Assembly: GCA_964538545.1 (NCBI GenBank)
Contig: CAZIGU010000001.1
Coordinates: forward strand, 1-31,836
Source: an uncultured Candidatus Peribacteria bacterium
GTDB lineage: Bacteria > Patescibacteriota > Gracilibacteria > BD1-5 > UBA6164
DNA length: 31,836 bases
Reading direction: 5' to 3'
Each line of letters opens with the position of its first letter. The first letter of the stretch is position 1. The notes beneath the pieces are model-generated. The model was given only the letters and a program-made list of their open reading frames with translations, searched no databases and had not been told where the DNA came from. The translations under genes were made by a program, and so were the position numbers. Of the stretch, positions 13,278-24,495 are shown one piece after another.

Positions 13278-14606
13278 TTATTCTAAATCTCAAGTTAATC
13301 TATTATAAGTTAAAAAAACTTGTATAGAAATTATAAATAATAATACTCAAATATATAAAAATTCAAATTTATTATATATAAAATAATTTATTATAGTATA
13401 TATCAAAATTATATAATTATAAAAATATAAAAAGTAAGTATCTATCTTATTTTTTATAAAATATGTTAATCAAATTATTAAAAAAGATAAAATAATTCAA
13501 AAAATTAAAAAATATAAACTTTCTTTTAAAATTAAATTATATTTTAATATAGTAAAATATAATAAATAAATAAATACACTTATTCATAAAAAATAAGAAA
13601 CATAATTTGTATATTTTTTATGAATATATAAATGAATAAATGTTAATATAAAAAGTAATATATATATTATATAATAAAATTTATACAAGAAAAATCAAAA
13701 TCAAAACAAAATTGAAATATATAAAAAAATTATTCAAATATATTTAAAAATTATTTTATCATTTTTAAATAATTTAATTTTAAAAATAAAATAAAAATAA
13801 ATTATTCATATAAAAAAACTTATGATAATAATAGAAAAAAGAACACTATAATGATATAAGTAATCATAAAAGTAAAATAATAACAAAAAGAAAAAATACA
13901 AACTAAAATGCAATATTAAAATATTATCAAAACTAGATTTTTTTGATATTTTTTTATCATAATAAAGCAATATTATAAAAATAAATAATAAAACTATTCA
14001 ATTTATTAAATCTATATAATTAAAGAAATTATTATCAAAAAGTAATATATAAAAATAATTTCAAATATAATAAAAAGAAAAAATAATTGAATTTATTCTT
14101 AAAAGTTTTTGTGAAAAAAATGAATATTTTGATAAAAAGTAAAAAAGTAAAAATCATATATTTAGTACGAGTATAAAAATTTGAAAACTAATTTTCTCAA
14201 AATCTAAACTTATCAAATATAATGATACATAAAAAAGTAAAAATCATAAATAATAAAATATTATATTCAAAACATTTTTATTTTTTATTTTATCTATCAA
14301 AGAAAAATTATTTATTTTAGAAGATTCTTTTATCTCATCTTCCAAAACTCAAGAAGAAAAATATATAAATAAAAAAACTCATATTAAAAAGAAAAAAATA
14401 GATTCTATAATTAAATTTCAAAAAAAAGATTGAATAACCAAGTTTGATTGATCTGAAAAAATTATACTATCTTTTAAAGATAAATTCAAAATATTTTTAT
14501 CATAATTTGTATCATTTAAAAAAATATCTTTTTTAATAGAAAAAACATAAAAAACATAAAATATAAAACTATATAAAAATGTTATTAAAAAAAATATAAA
14601 TCTCAT
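13278..14606 (-). CDS. Polytopic membrane protein of unknown function (442 aa)
   Basis: Frame traced codon by codon from ATG 14606 to TAA 13278 with no TAA/TAG; many hydrophobic F/I/L/Y stretches. Confidence 0.7.
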
Positions 14607-14666
14607 AAAAAAAGTAGTTAATACTAACTACTTTAATATAAATAAAAAATAAATAATTGCAAAAAT

Positions 14667-16040
14667 TTAAAAATTTATAAAAAATATTCAAAATATAAAT
14701 GATAATATAAAGAAGTTTATAATCATAGTTATCATTCATCTTGATAAATAAACAAAAAAAACTGCTAAATTTATACTTATAATCCATATTAAAAATGAAA
14801 TATTTAAGTTTATATTAAAATTAAATACATTATTTAAAATAAACACTAAAGATATAAATATAGAATATAATAAAAATATGTTTATAAAATATTTATGTAA
14901 TATTAAAATCAAATCTAAAATCAAATCTGAAATATAAGAATATCATTTTACAACTTTAACATAAGAAAAAGTTGATCAATTCATACGAGATTTTAAAATA
15001 AATAAATTATTTTTTATAATTTGTTTTTTAATACTTAAATCTTCTAAAAGTTCTTTATTTTCTTTTTTTTGTATAAAAATTTTAAATAAATTTTTTAAAC
15101 TTTCTTTTTCTATTTCTTTTAGTTTTTCTTTATATTTATCATACAAAATTTTGGATTTTAAATAAGACGATGATTTTGTATCTATTACTATTTTTTCTTT
15201 TTTTTCTTGTTTAAGTTTGTTTTTTAAATCTTCAAATATTTTTTTAAGTATATATCATATATCTTTTTCTTTTTCTATGAATTGTGTTTTAGATCAGGAT
15301 TCTTTTAATAATTTATTTGTTTCTTTAACTAATTTTCTATATTCTTCATCTTTTTTATTTTCAAGTATTTCAAGTTCTAATTCTCATATTTTTGATAAAG
15401 CAAATTCTGATATTTGATAAAGTTTAGATACATTTGTAGAAGTTTTTAATCTAACTATGTTGTTATAAATATCTTTTATTTTTTCTTTTCTAGAAAAAGT
15501 TATTATATCATTTTCTTGAATTTCTATAAAATATTTTAATTTAACTAAAACTTTATCAAGTAAAACATATGCTTTTTGTAATTCCTTTTGTAATCAATAT
15601 TTTTCTGTTAATTCTTCTTTTACTACTTTTTGTTTTTTTTCTTGTTCTTTTTGTTCTAATTCTAATTCTTTTTTATGAGTTTCTAAATAAACTTTATATT
15701 GCTCACTTAATGTTTTTATATTTTTTTCTTTTATCTCTAAAGAATCATTTTTATTTTGATATATATATAATAAATCAAATTTTAATTCATCTTTTATTTT
15801 TAAATAAGCTTTAAAAATATCATCTGAAAATATAGTTCATTGTTTTATTTGTCAATTTTGATTTATATCAAAATAAAATTTAGATCAAGATTTTTCTGTT
15901 ATTTCTCAAACTTCAATCACATTTACTATAGAAAAACCCTCTTTATGAAGTTCTTCTTTTAATATATTTTCTGATTCTCGTTTTCTTATAATATCAAATT
16001 TTTTAGTTCATTTGATAACTGAAACTTTAAAATTTTTCAT
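14667..16040 (-). CDS. Hypothetical protein: N-terminal duplicated PilC-N-like motif, coiled-coil middle, C-terminal TM helices (457 aa)
   Basis: Frame traced from ATG 16040 to TAA 14667; K/E-rich heptad region in the middle; 2-3 TM segments at the end. Confidence 0.7.
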
Positions 16041-16055
16041 ATTTTAGTTTTTTAA

Positions 16056-16313
16056 TTATACTTTATTTGACAAAAATTTATCAAAACAATCATTGCAAAT
16101 TTTTTGAGTATCTTCTTTTGATAAATTTTTTGAAAACTCTCGTGTTTTAAATAAATCAGATAAAAATTCTTTAGAAAAATCTATTGAACTTTTTATTCTG
16201 TCTCATAAATTTTTTAAAGCTTGATTTACATCTCAATTTTTTAAACTATCTATTAAATTATTAGAATCTGTATTTAATTCATTTTTTGTATTTATTTTAT
16301 TTTCAACTGACAT
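16056..16313 (-). CDS. Small hypothetical protein (85 aa)
   Basis: ATG 16313 to TAA 16056, open with TGA=Gly, tightly packed between neighbours. Confidence 0.55.
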
Positions 16314-16316
16314 ATA

Positions 16317-16628
16317 TTATATATTATTTAATAAAAATCAAAAACTATTTATTTCTTTTTGTTTTTCAATTACTTCTTTTTTTCTAAGACCTGAAATTTT
16401 TGTAAAATTATTTTTTCTTATATCTTCAATTTCTTTTTGTTCAACATTTCAAACAAAATCTTGTAAAGAAAAATATAATTTTTCCAATCATATTTCATCT
16501 ATATTTTCTAAAGCTTCTAAATATAAACTTTTTTGTTTATCATTTATATTTAAATTTTCTATTATAGTTTTTACTATTTTTTTCTTTTTAGAAACTTCAG
16601 AATATTTTTTAAAAATATTAAGTATCAT
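16317..16628 (-). CDS. Hypothetical protein (103 aa)
   Basis: ATG 16628 to TAA 16317; first gene of the leftward block. Confidence 0.6.
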
Positions 16629-16965
16629 TTTATTTTTTATTAAAAATTAAATATATTTTATTTTATCATAATTTTATTTTTTTTACAAATTTTTTATTTA
16701 TATTTATTTATTATATATATTTATATAAATAGTAATAGTAATAATAATGAATGTTAAAAAGTAAAATTATATAAATAAAAGAAAAAATTGTATATTTATA
16801 AATATATATAAATAAAAAATAAAAAATTAAACTTATTTTAAAGCAAAATAAGTTTTTTTAACAAAAATTTAACAATAAAAAATAATATATATTGACTTGC
16901 TTTTAATCAATATTTTTATATTATAAACTTGTTAAATAAAAAAAATATTTTTTAAACATTGAAAG

Positions 16966-18348
16966 ATGGAAGATATTAAAAATACTAAAAATAATAAAAG
17001 TTTTTTACATTGATTTATAATCTTTTTAACAGCTTTTTTACTTTGATTTATAATAAGTCAAAATTTAGACATACTTTTTAACAATGATAGTTTAAAGTCT
17101 AATCAAATATCTGAAGAAAATACAGATTATTCTGATGAAGAAGATAAAAATTTAAAAGAAATAATAAAAGAAACTCTTTTAAGTAAAGATTTAGATTTAA
17201 ATTATTTTTGGGAAGTATATAATTTAATAAAAAATAATTATTATTCTTCAGATGAAATAGATAAAAAAGAATTACAATATGGAGTTATAAAATGACTTGT
17301 AGAATCTTTATGAGATAAACATTCAGAATTTTTTCCTCCCGTAGAATCTAAAGAATTTAATAATACTTTAAGTTGAGATTTTGAGTGAATAGGAGCTGTT
17401 ATAGATAAACATGATTTATGAGTTATGGTAGATAGAGTTATTAAATGATCACCTGCTTTAGAAAATGGTATATTAAAATGAGATATTATAATAGAAGCAA
17501 ATGAAGTTAAATTATCTTGACTTGAAGTTGATGAAGCTGTTAAAAATATAAAATGACCTGCATGAACAAAAGTAGTTTTAAAAATTATTAGAACTTGAGA
17601 AAAAGATATTTTAACAAAGGAAATAACAAGGCAGAAAATAACTATACCTTCAGTTGAAACAAAAGATATAAATGAAAAAGAAATATGATATATATCTTTA
17701 AATATGTTTTGAGAAAATACTTCAAAAGAATTTTTTGAAATACTTCAAACTTTTAATAATAATAAATACAAATGAATTATTATTGATTTAAGAGATAATT
17801 GATGAGGATATTTGCAAAGTGCAGTTGAAATATTGTCTAATTTCATAGAAAAAAATAAGGTTTTAGTTACTACAAAATATAAAGAGTCATCTTTAAATGA
17901 ATCATATTTATCTGAAAATAATTGAGTTATTTTTGATAAAAAAATAGTTGTTTTAATAAATTGAAACTCTGCTTCAGCTTCTGAAATAACAGCTTGAGCT
18001 TTGAAAGATTATAATAAAGCAATATTAATTTGAGAAAAAACTTATTGAAAATGATCAGTACAACAACCTTTTGACTTAAAAGATTGAAGTATGTTAAAAC
18101 TTACTATAGCAAAATGGTATACTCCTAAAGATATAAATATAGATCATGAGTGAATAAAACCAGATATAGAAGTAAATTTTAAAAAAGAAGATTTTGAAAA
18201 TAAATATGATAGACAGTTAGAAAAAGCAAAAGAAATACTTAAAAATTATATAAAAATAGAAAATATATCCGTAGTTATAAATGAAGAAAATATAAGAAAT
18301 TGAACTTGAACTACTATGACTTGAAGTGTAGAAAATGAAAAAAAATAA
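16966..18348 (+). CDS. ctpA: Carboxyl-terminal processing protease, S41A family with PDZ domain (460 aa)
   Basis: N-terminal TM, FEGIGAVI, IIDLRDNGGG, catalytic NGNSASASEI, GEKTYGKGSVQ, KLTIAKWYTP. Confidence 0.94.
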
Positions 18349-18360
18349 TTATTTAACAAT

Positions 18361-18389
18361 AAAGTAAAGTAAAATACTTTACTTTTTTT
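18361..18389 (+). terminator. Intrinsic terminator after ctpA
   Basis: AAAGTAAAGTA-aaa-TACTTTACTTT followed by a T run. Confidence 0.65.
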
Positions 18390-18447
18390 ATTGATTATTT
18401 GATAAAAATAATATAATAAAATTAGATATTTTTTTAATTTTATTATT

Positions 18448-19680
18448 ATGTTACAAAATATAGATATTGATATTTATAATCTTATTTTAAAGGAAACTGA
18501 AAGACAAGAAAATGAAATAGAGTTAATAGCTTCAGAAAATTATGCTTCAAAAGCAGTTTTAGGAGCATCAGGAAGTATTTTATCTAATAAATATAGTGAA
18601 TGATATCCTTGAAAAAGATATTATGCATGACAAGAAAATATAGATTTAATAGAAGAATTAGCTATTTCTAGAGCTAAAGAAATATTTTGACGAGAATATG
18701 TAAATGTTCAACCATTATCATGAAGTCCTGCAAACTTAGCAGTTTATTTAGCTTTTTTAAAACCTTGAGATAAAGTTTTATGATTATCTTTGGATCAATG
18801 AGGTCATTTGAGTCATTGACACCCTCTTAATTTTTCATGACTTTTATATGAAATAATACCATATTTTTTAGATAAAGAAACTGAAACTATAAATATGGAT
18901 GAAGTAGAAAAAATAGCTTTAGAAACAAAACCAAAAATGATTATAGCTTGATTTTCTGCATACTCTAGAAATTTAGATTGGAAAAGATTTAGAGAAATTG
19001 CTGATAAAGTATGAGCTATTTTAATGGCAGATATAAGTCATATAGCTTGACTTATAGCTTGAGGAGTTTTAGAAAATCCAGTTCAATATTGTGATGTTAT
19101 AACTACAACTACTCATAAAACTCTTAGAGGTCCTAGATGAGCTATTATTATGAGTAAAAAGGAATTTGAAAAAGATATAGCAAGACGAGTTTTTCCTTGA
19201 GTTCAATGAGGTCCTCACGAAAACTTGATTGCTGCAAAAGCAGTTGCTTTTAAAGAAGCTTTAAGTGAAGATTTTAAAAAATATTGTAGACAAGTTGTAG
19301 ACAACGCAAAAGTATTGTCTAATTCTTTAAAAGATTATTGATTTAAAATCATTTCAGGTTGAACAGATAATCATATAGTTTTGGTTGATGTTTTTTCTAG
19401 TTTTTGAGTTACTTGAAAAGAAGCAGAATTTGCTTTGGAAAAAGTATGATTATCAACAAATAAAAATATGATACCTTATGATATTAGAAAAGCTTTAGAT
19501 CCATCTTGAATAAGATTATGAACAGCACGAGCTACAACAAGAGGAATGAAAGAAAATGAAATGTTATTTATATCAAGAATTTTCTTGGAAACTATAAAAA
19601 ATAAAGATAATGAAGATAAGTTAAAACTATTAAAAGAAGAAGTTTTAAATTTTTGTAAAAAATATCCTATTTATAAATAA
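18448..19680 (+). CDS. glyA: Serine hydroxymethyltransferase (410 aa)
   Basis: LIASENY, NKYSEGYPGKRYYAG, NVQPLSGSPAN, GGHLSHG, PLP lysine [29 protein letters not shown]. Confidence 0.97.
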
Positions 19681-19681
19681 T

Positions 19682-20331
19682 ATGTTTTTAAAAGAAATAA
19701 TTCAATTTAGTAAAGATAATTGGTGGATTTTTATAATATTTTTTATTTGTTTACTAATAATTTGATATACAAATACTTGAAATATTTATGAAGTTTTTTA
19801 GTTTTTTCTATTCATTTTATATGAGATATTTTTATGATGATTATGTGAAAATATTATATATTGTGAGAAAACAAAAAATGAAATATTTTTCAAATATCAT
19901 CAACTTCTATTTTTGCACTTCTTTGATTGTATGCTTGAATTTTTAATTGAAAATGATATTATTTACAACCACAGTTAATTTTTATATTTGCTTGAATAAA
20001 ATGATTTATAAGTCATAAAATATCAGATTTTTATAAAAATATAATATTTATAATACTTTTTATAATTACACTTTTTATATACTTTTATTTTTCTTTATTT
20101 ATAGATTTATCTTCTATAATTCAAATAATTTGATTTTTATCACTTTCAACATGTCTTTTTATACAAAATAAAAATATAATTTTCTTTTGAATTTTATTTA
20201 TAACAATATGATCTTTTTTAAGTATTTATGTATCTTTTTTAAATTCAAATATAAAATGAATAGATATATCGTATTTTTTACTACCTTTGACAATTTTAGT
20301 GTTTTATGTTAAATCTTTATGGAAAAAATAA
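19682..20331 (+). pseudogene. Multi-TM membrane protein interrupted by a single frameshift (real lesion or homopolymer sequencing error)
   Basis: ATG 19682 sits right after the glyA stop and hits TAG at 19799. A protein-like continuation resumes in another frame at 19801 and ends at TAA 20329-20331. One extra T in the T6 run at 19794-19799 restores about 216 aa. Confidence 0.6.
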
Positions 20332-21359
20332 TTTATATATTTTTATTAAGTTTGTTTTTGTCTATTTTTTTTGTTTTCATTTTAAAAAAAATATTTTATC
20401 ATTTTAAAATACTTGATAACCCTATAAAATACAAAAAAAATAGACAAGCCATACCATATAGTATGTGAATTATTTTTTTTATATCATTTTTTATAATGAG
20501 TTTTTTATTTTTAGAACATAATTATAAAATTTATTTGATATGGTTTTTTTGATTTTTAATAACTTTGGTAAGTTTTTTTGATGATTTATACAATGTTAGT
20601 CCAAAAATTAGACTTCTTCTTCAAATAATTATATGATTTATTATATGACTTACAGCTATAAAAATATGATATTTAACATCGCTTTTTTGATGAATAGATT
20701 TACAAAATTATAGTATATTTTTATTTTCATATGAGATATATATAATATCAGCTTTATTCACAATGATATGGTATGTTTTTATATTTAATGCTTTAAATTG
20801 GAGTGATTGAGTAGAATGAAATCGAGCTTTTTTAAGTTCTATAATTTTTTTAATAGTGTCTATATTGGGTTATATATTGTACTTAGATTGAGATAAAAAT
20901 GCTATAAATATAACTTATATATGAATTATACTTTTTGCTATAGTATTGCCATTTATATTTTTTGAATATAAAAATCATATACTCATGTGAGATAGTTGAA
21001 CTATGTTTTTATGATTTATGGTTGCTACTTTGTGAATAGTTTTTTGATGAAAAATAGCTACTATAGTTATAGTCTTTTGAATATATTTTGTAGATGCTAT
21101 ATATGTTATATTTAATAGATTAAAAAATCATAAAAATCCTTTAATTTGAGATAATACTCATTTTCATCATAGACTTATGTCTATATGAATGTCTAAAATA
21201 CAAATAATATTTTTTGTTTGATTTTTTTCTTTTTTATTTTGATTTTTTTCTTTATTTTTAGATAAAATATGAAAAATATTTTTATTTGTTTTTATAGTTT
21301 TTTTTGTTATATTTACACCAAAAATAATTATTAAATTTATTAAAAATGAAAAAAAATAG
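20319..21359 (+). CDS. Glycosyltransferase family 4 (WecA/TagO/MraY-like undecaprenyl-phosphate sugar-phosphate transferase, 346 aa)
   Basis: PIPYSMG, LVSFFDDLY, FNALNWSDG, GDSGTMFLG, GDNTHFHHRL (WecA/TagO-like); about 11 TM segments. Confidence 0.88.
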
Positions 21360-22017
21360 TTTTTGATTTACATTTGTAGAGATGATAGTTGTTATTTTTA
21401 TAATATCAATAACTTGAGTTGTAGCTATGAATTCTTTGTTTTCTTCTTTTGATAAACAAGTTTGAAATATTCAAAAAAATGAAATAATAAATTTCATAAA
21501 TTCTTTTGATAATAAATTATGAAAAAATATTACAGATTATGAATTGATTTTTTCTTGATGATTAGATTATTTAATTTATAAAACAAATAATAATTATAAA
21601 TCAGGTTTAGTTAGTTATTCTTTTTCTTGATATACTTGAACCTTTACAAACACTGTTTCATGAACTTTGATAGAATATTATTTTTATAATAATAATAAAC
21701 TCATAAATAAAGATATTTCTTCTCGAAGTTGAGCTATTTTAAATTATGATTTTTCTATTTTAAAATGAAATAGTTATATAAAAACATTTGTTGATTCTAA
21801 AAGATTAAATGATATATGAGTTTATTTTTTTTCATCTGATGATAAAAATCCTTTATTTATAAAAGAAATAAAAAATTGAAATAGTACACTAACTTGAATA
21901 ACTATAAAAAAATCTATTTGATGAAATAAAATAATACAACAAAATTGAAATAATATATCTAGTTGAACTATAATTTTTGATACTAAATACTGAGAGTTTA
22001 ATATAAATATACCTTAA
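21346..22017 (+). CDS. Prepilin-type N-terminal cleavage/methylation domain protein (minor pilin-like, 223 aa)
   Basis: MKKNSFG|FTFVEMIVVIFII class III signal; the cleavage-site Gly is encoded by TGA. Confidence 0.85.
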
Positions 22018-22030
22018 TAATAAAATAAAT

Positions 22031-23005
22031 ATGAGAATAGCTTTTTTTTGAACTTGAGATTTTTCTACATCTATACTTGAATCTATTTTGAAATATGAAG
22101 ATATAGAAGTAGTTTTATGAGTTAGTCAAATAGATAAGATTATTTGAAAAGATAAAACACCAACTCATACTAAACTAAAACAGTTTTGTATATCAAATAA
22201 TATACCTATTTTGCAACCTGAAAAATTAAAAAATAATTTAGAATTTTATAATCATTTAAAAAATTTAAATCTAGATTTTTTGATAGTTGTAGCTTATTGA
22301 AAAATAATTCCTTTAGAAATACTTAAAATACCAAAATATTTTAGTATAAATATTCATTGAAGTATTCTTCCAAATTATAGATGAGCTTCACCTATACAAG
22401 AGTCTTTAAAAAATTGAGACAAAAAGACATGATTGACAATTATGTGTATGAGTGAATGAATGGATGAATGAGATATACTATCTACAAAGGAAGTTGATAT
22501 AGACATAAAAAACAAGACACAAGATATTTTTGATAAATTTCAAAATATATGACCTACTTTACTTATAGATACTTTAAGAAAAATAATTAAAAATGAAATT
22601 ACTCCTATAAAACAAGATAATTCTAAATCAACTTATTGTTCAAAAATTGAAAAAAAAGATTGAGAAATAGATTTTGAAAATGAAGGTATATCAAAAATTT
22701 ATAATAAATATAGAGCATATCATACTTGGCCTTGAATATATACTTATTATAAATGAAAAAAATTTGATATAACAGATTGTGAAATAGAAGTAAATGACTT
22801 ATGTTATTTTGATGAAGATTTTAATTTATGAGATGTTGTTGAGTTTGAAGATCATTGAGAAAATCATGTTTGAATACTTTGTAAATGATGAATTTTGATT
22901 TTAAAAAAGGTAAAACTTGAGTGAAAAAAAGAAATGTCTATTAAAGATTTTTTAAATTGAAATAAAGATTTTTTAGAATATAGTTTTTGAAAAATTGCAA
23001 AATAA
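22031..23005 (+). CDS. fmt: Methionyl-tRNA formyltransferase (324 aa)
   Basis: MRIAFFGTGDFS, VVAYGKIIP, INIHGSILPNYRGASPIQ, MDEGDI, YRAYHTWPG. Confidence 0.95.
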
Positions 23006-23054
23006 AGATTTTTTGTATAATAAAACTACTTATTTAATTTTTAACTTTTAATAT

Positions 23055-23816
23055 ATGTTAAATATTGCTTTTAATACTTTTAAGGAAATTGTAAGAAATA
23101 AATTTTTATATCTTATAATATTTTTTGCATTAGTTTTAATAGTTTTTTCTTTAGCATTATGAAAATTGACTATTTGAGAATCTCAAAAAGTAATTTTAGA
23201 TTTTTGAATAGCTATGATAGAAGTCTTTTGACTTATATGAGTTTTGTTTGTTTGAAGTCAGTTGCTTTTTAAAGAAATAGATTGAAAAACTATATTTCTT
23301 ATACTTAGTAAACCTATTAAAAGATATGAATTTATACTTTGAAAATTTTTATGATTTTCTATGATAATTTTTTTGATAGTTTTATTGCAATCTTTTTTAT
23401 ATTTATTAGTATTATTTTTTAATTGAATAAATATAGATTTTCTTATAATAATATCTTTAGTATTTATATTTTTGAAATTACTTATAGTTTTATCTATAGT
23501 AATATTTTTGTCTACATTTATGTCTAATATATTGACTATTATAACTACAGTTATGGTATATTTTATAGCACATTCTTTTTCTTTACTTATAGATTTAGCT
23601 TTAAAAACAAAAGATCAAATTTTTATATATTTTGTTAAAACTATACAAGTTATTTTTCCACCTTTTGAAGCTATAAATATAAAAGATTATATATGAAGTT
23701 TTATTACTTTTAATTATATGTATTTTTTACAAAATATCATATTTAGTTTAGTTTATTTATCTTTAATAATTTTGTTTACAGTTTTAATTTTTAATAGAAA
23801 AAAATTTGAAAACTAA
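23055..23816 (+). CDS. ABC-2 type transporter permease (253 aa)
   Basis: [38 protein letters not shown]; six TM segments. Confidence 0.85.
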
Positions 23817-24477
23817 TATTTCTTTTAATGAAGAGTTTTATTCTATACCATTCTATGTTGATAATAGAGTTTTAATACCAAGAAATGATACAGAAATACT
23901 TGTAGATCAAGCTTTAAAAACTATAAAAACAAGTGATTTTAAAGAAATAATTGATATATGAACTTGATCTTGAGTTATTTTGATATCTATTTTTAAAAAT
24001 AATAATACTATAGAAAAATATTATTGAATAGATATATCAAAAGATGCTTTAGAAGTAGCTAGTATAAATATAGAAAAACATAATTTATGATGACAAATAA
24101 AACTTTTAAATTCTGATTTACTTGAAGTTTTTTTGTCTAAAAATGAAAAAATATTTTCAAAAAAAATTATACTTACAGCAAATTTACCATATATCAAAAA
24201 TTGAGATTTTATAAATATGGACTTAGAAGTTATACAAAATGAACCTCATATAGCTTTATTTTGATGAGAAAAAACTTGATTTGAGTTGTATGAAAGACTT
24301 TTTGATCAAATAATTCTATTAAAAAATATTTATAATATAGAGAAAATTATACTTTTTATAGAAATATGATTTGATCAATATGAGTATTCAAAAAGTTATT
24401 TGGAAAAAATTAAATTAAATTTTGAATATTTTAAAGATTTTAATAGTATATATAGAGTCATAAAAATAGAATTTTAA
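23806..24477 (+). CDS. prmC: HemK/PrmC release-factor glutamine methyltransferase lacking the N-terminal domain (about 223 aa)
   Basis: [44 protein letters not shown]; start probably TTG 23806, overlapping the permease stop. Confidence 0.85.
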
Positions 24478-24495
24478 TTACTAATCTTAAAATTT

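Noticed and set aside
14607-14669. Possible TAA/TAG read-through joining 14667-16040 and 13278-14606, which are in the same frame
   Set aside because: TAA and TAG terminate all other genes normally, and a proper ATG follows at 14606; two adjacent genes is simpler.
16629-16965. Long AT-rich gap as a candidate ncRNA, oriC or CRISPR array
   Set aside because: No spaced direct repeats, no DnaA boxes (TTATCCACA) and no GC-rich stems were seen; it looks like a divergent promoter region.
4393-19530. CGA->Trp (Absconditabacteria-type) or a GCA/CGA sequencing swap as explanations for the odd CGA codons
   Set aside because: Trp fits none of the conserved sites (e.g. KHANF, AVFPG, GTPA), and Trp positions use TGG. 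Out-of-frame CG dinucleotides translate correctly. A swap artefact is unlikely but not excluded without reads.
22995-23021. TTGCAA-15bp-TATAAT upstream of the ABC permease
   Set aside because: Non-canonical spacing, overlaps the fmt 3' end, and such matches are frequent at this AT content.
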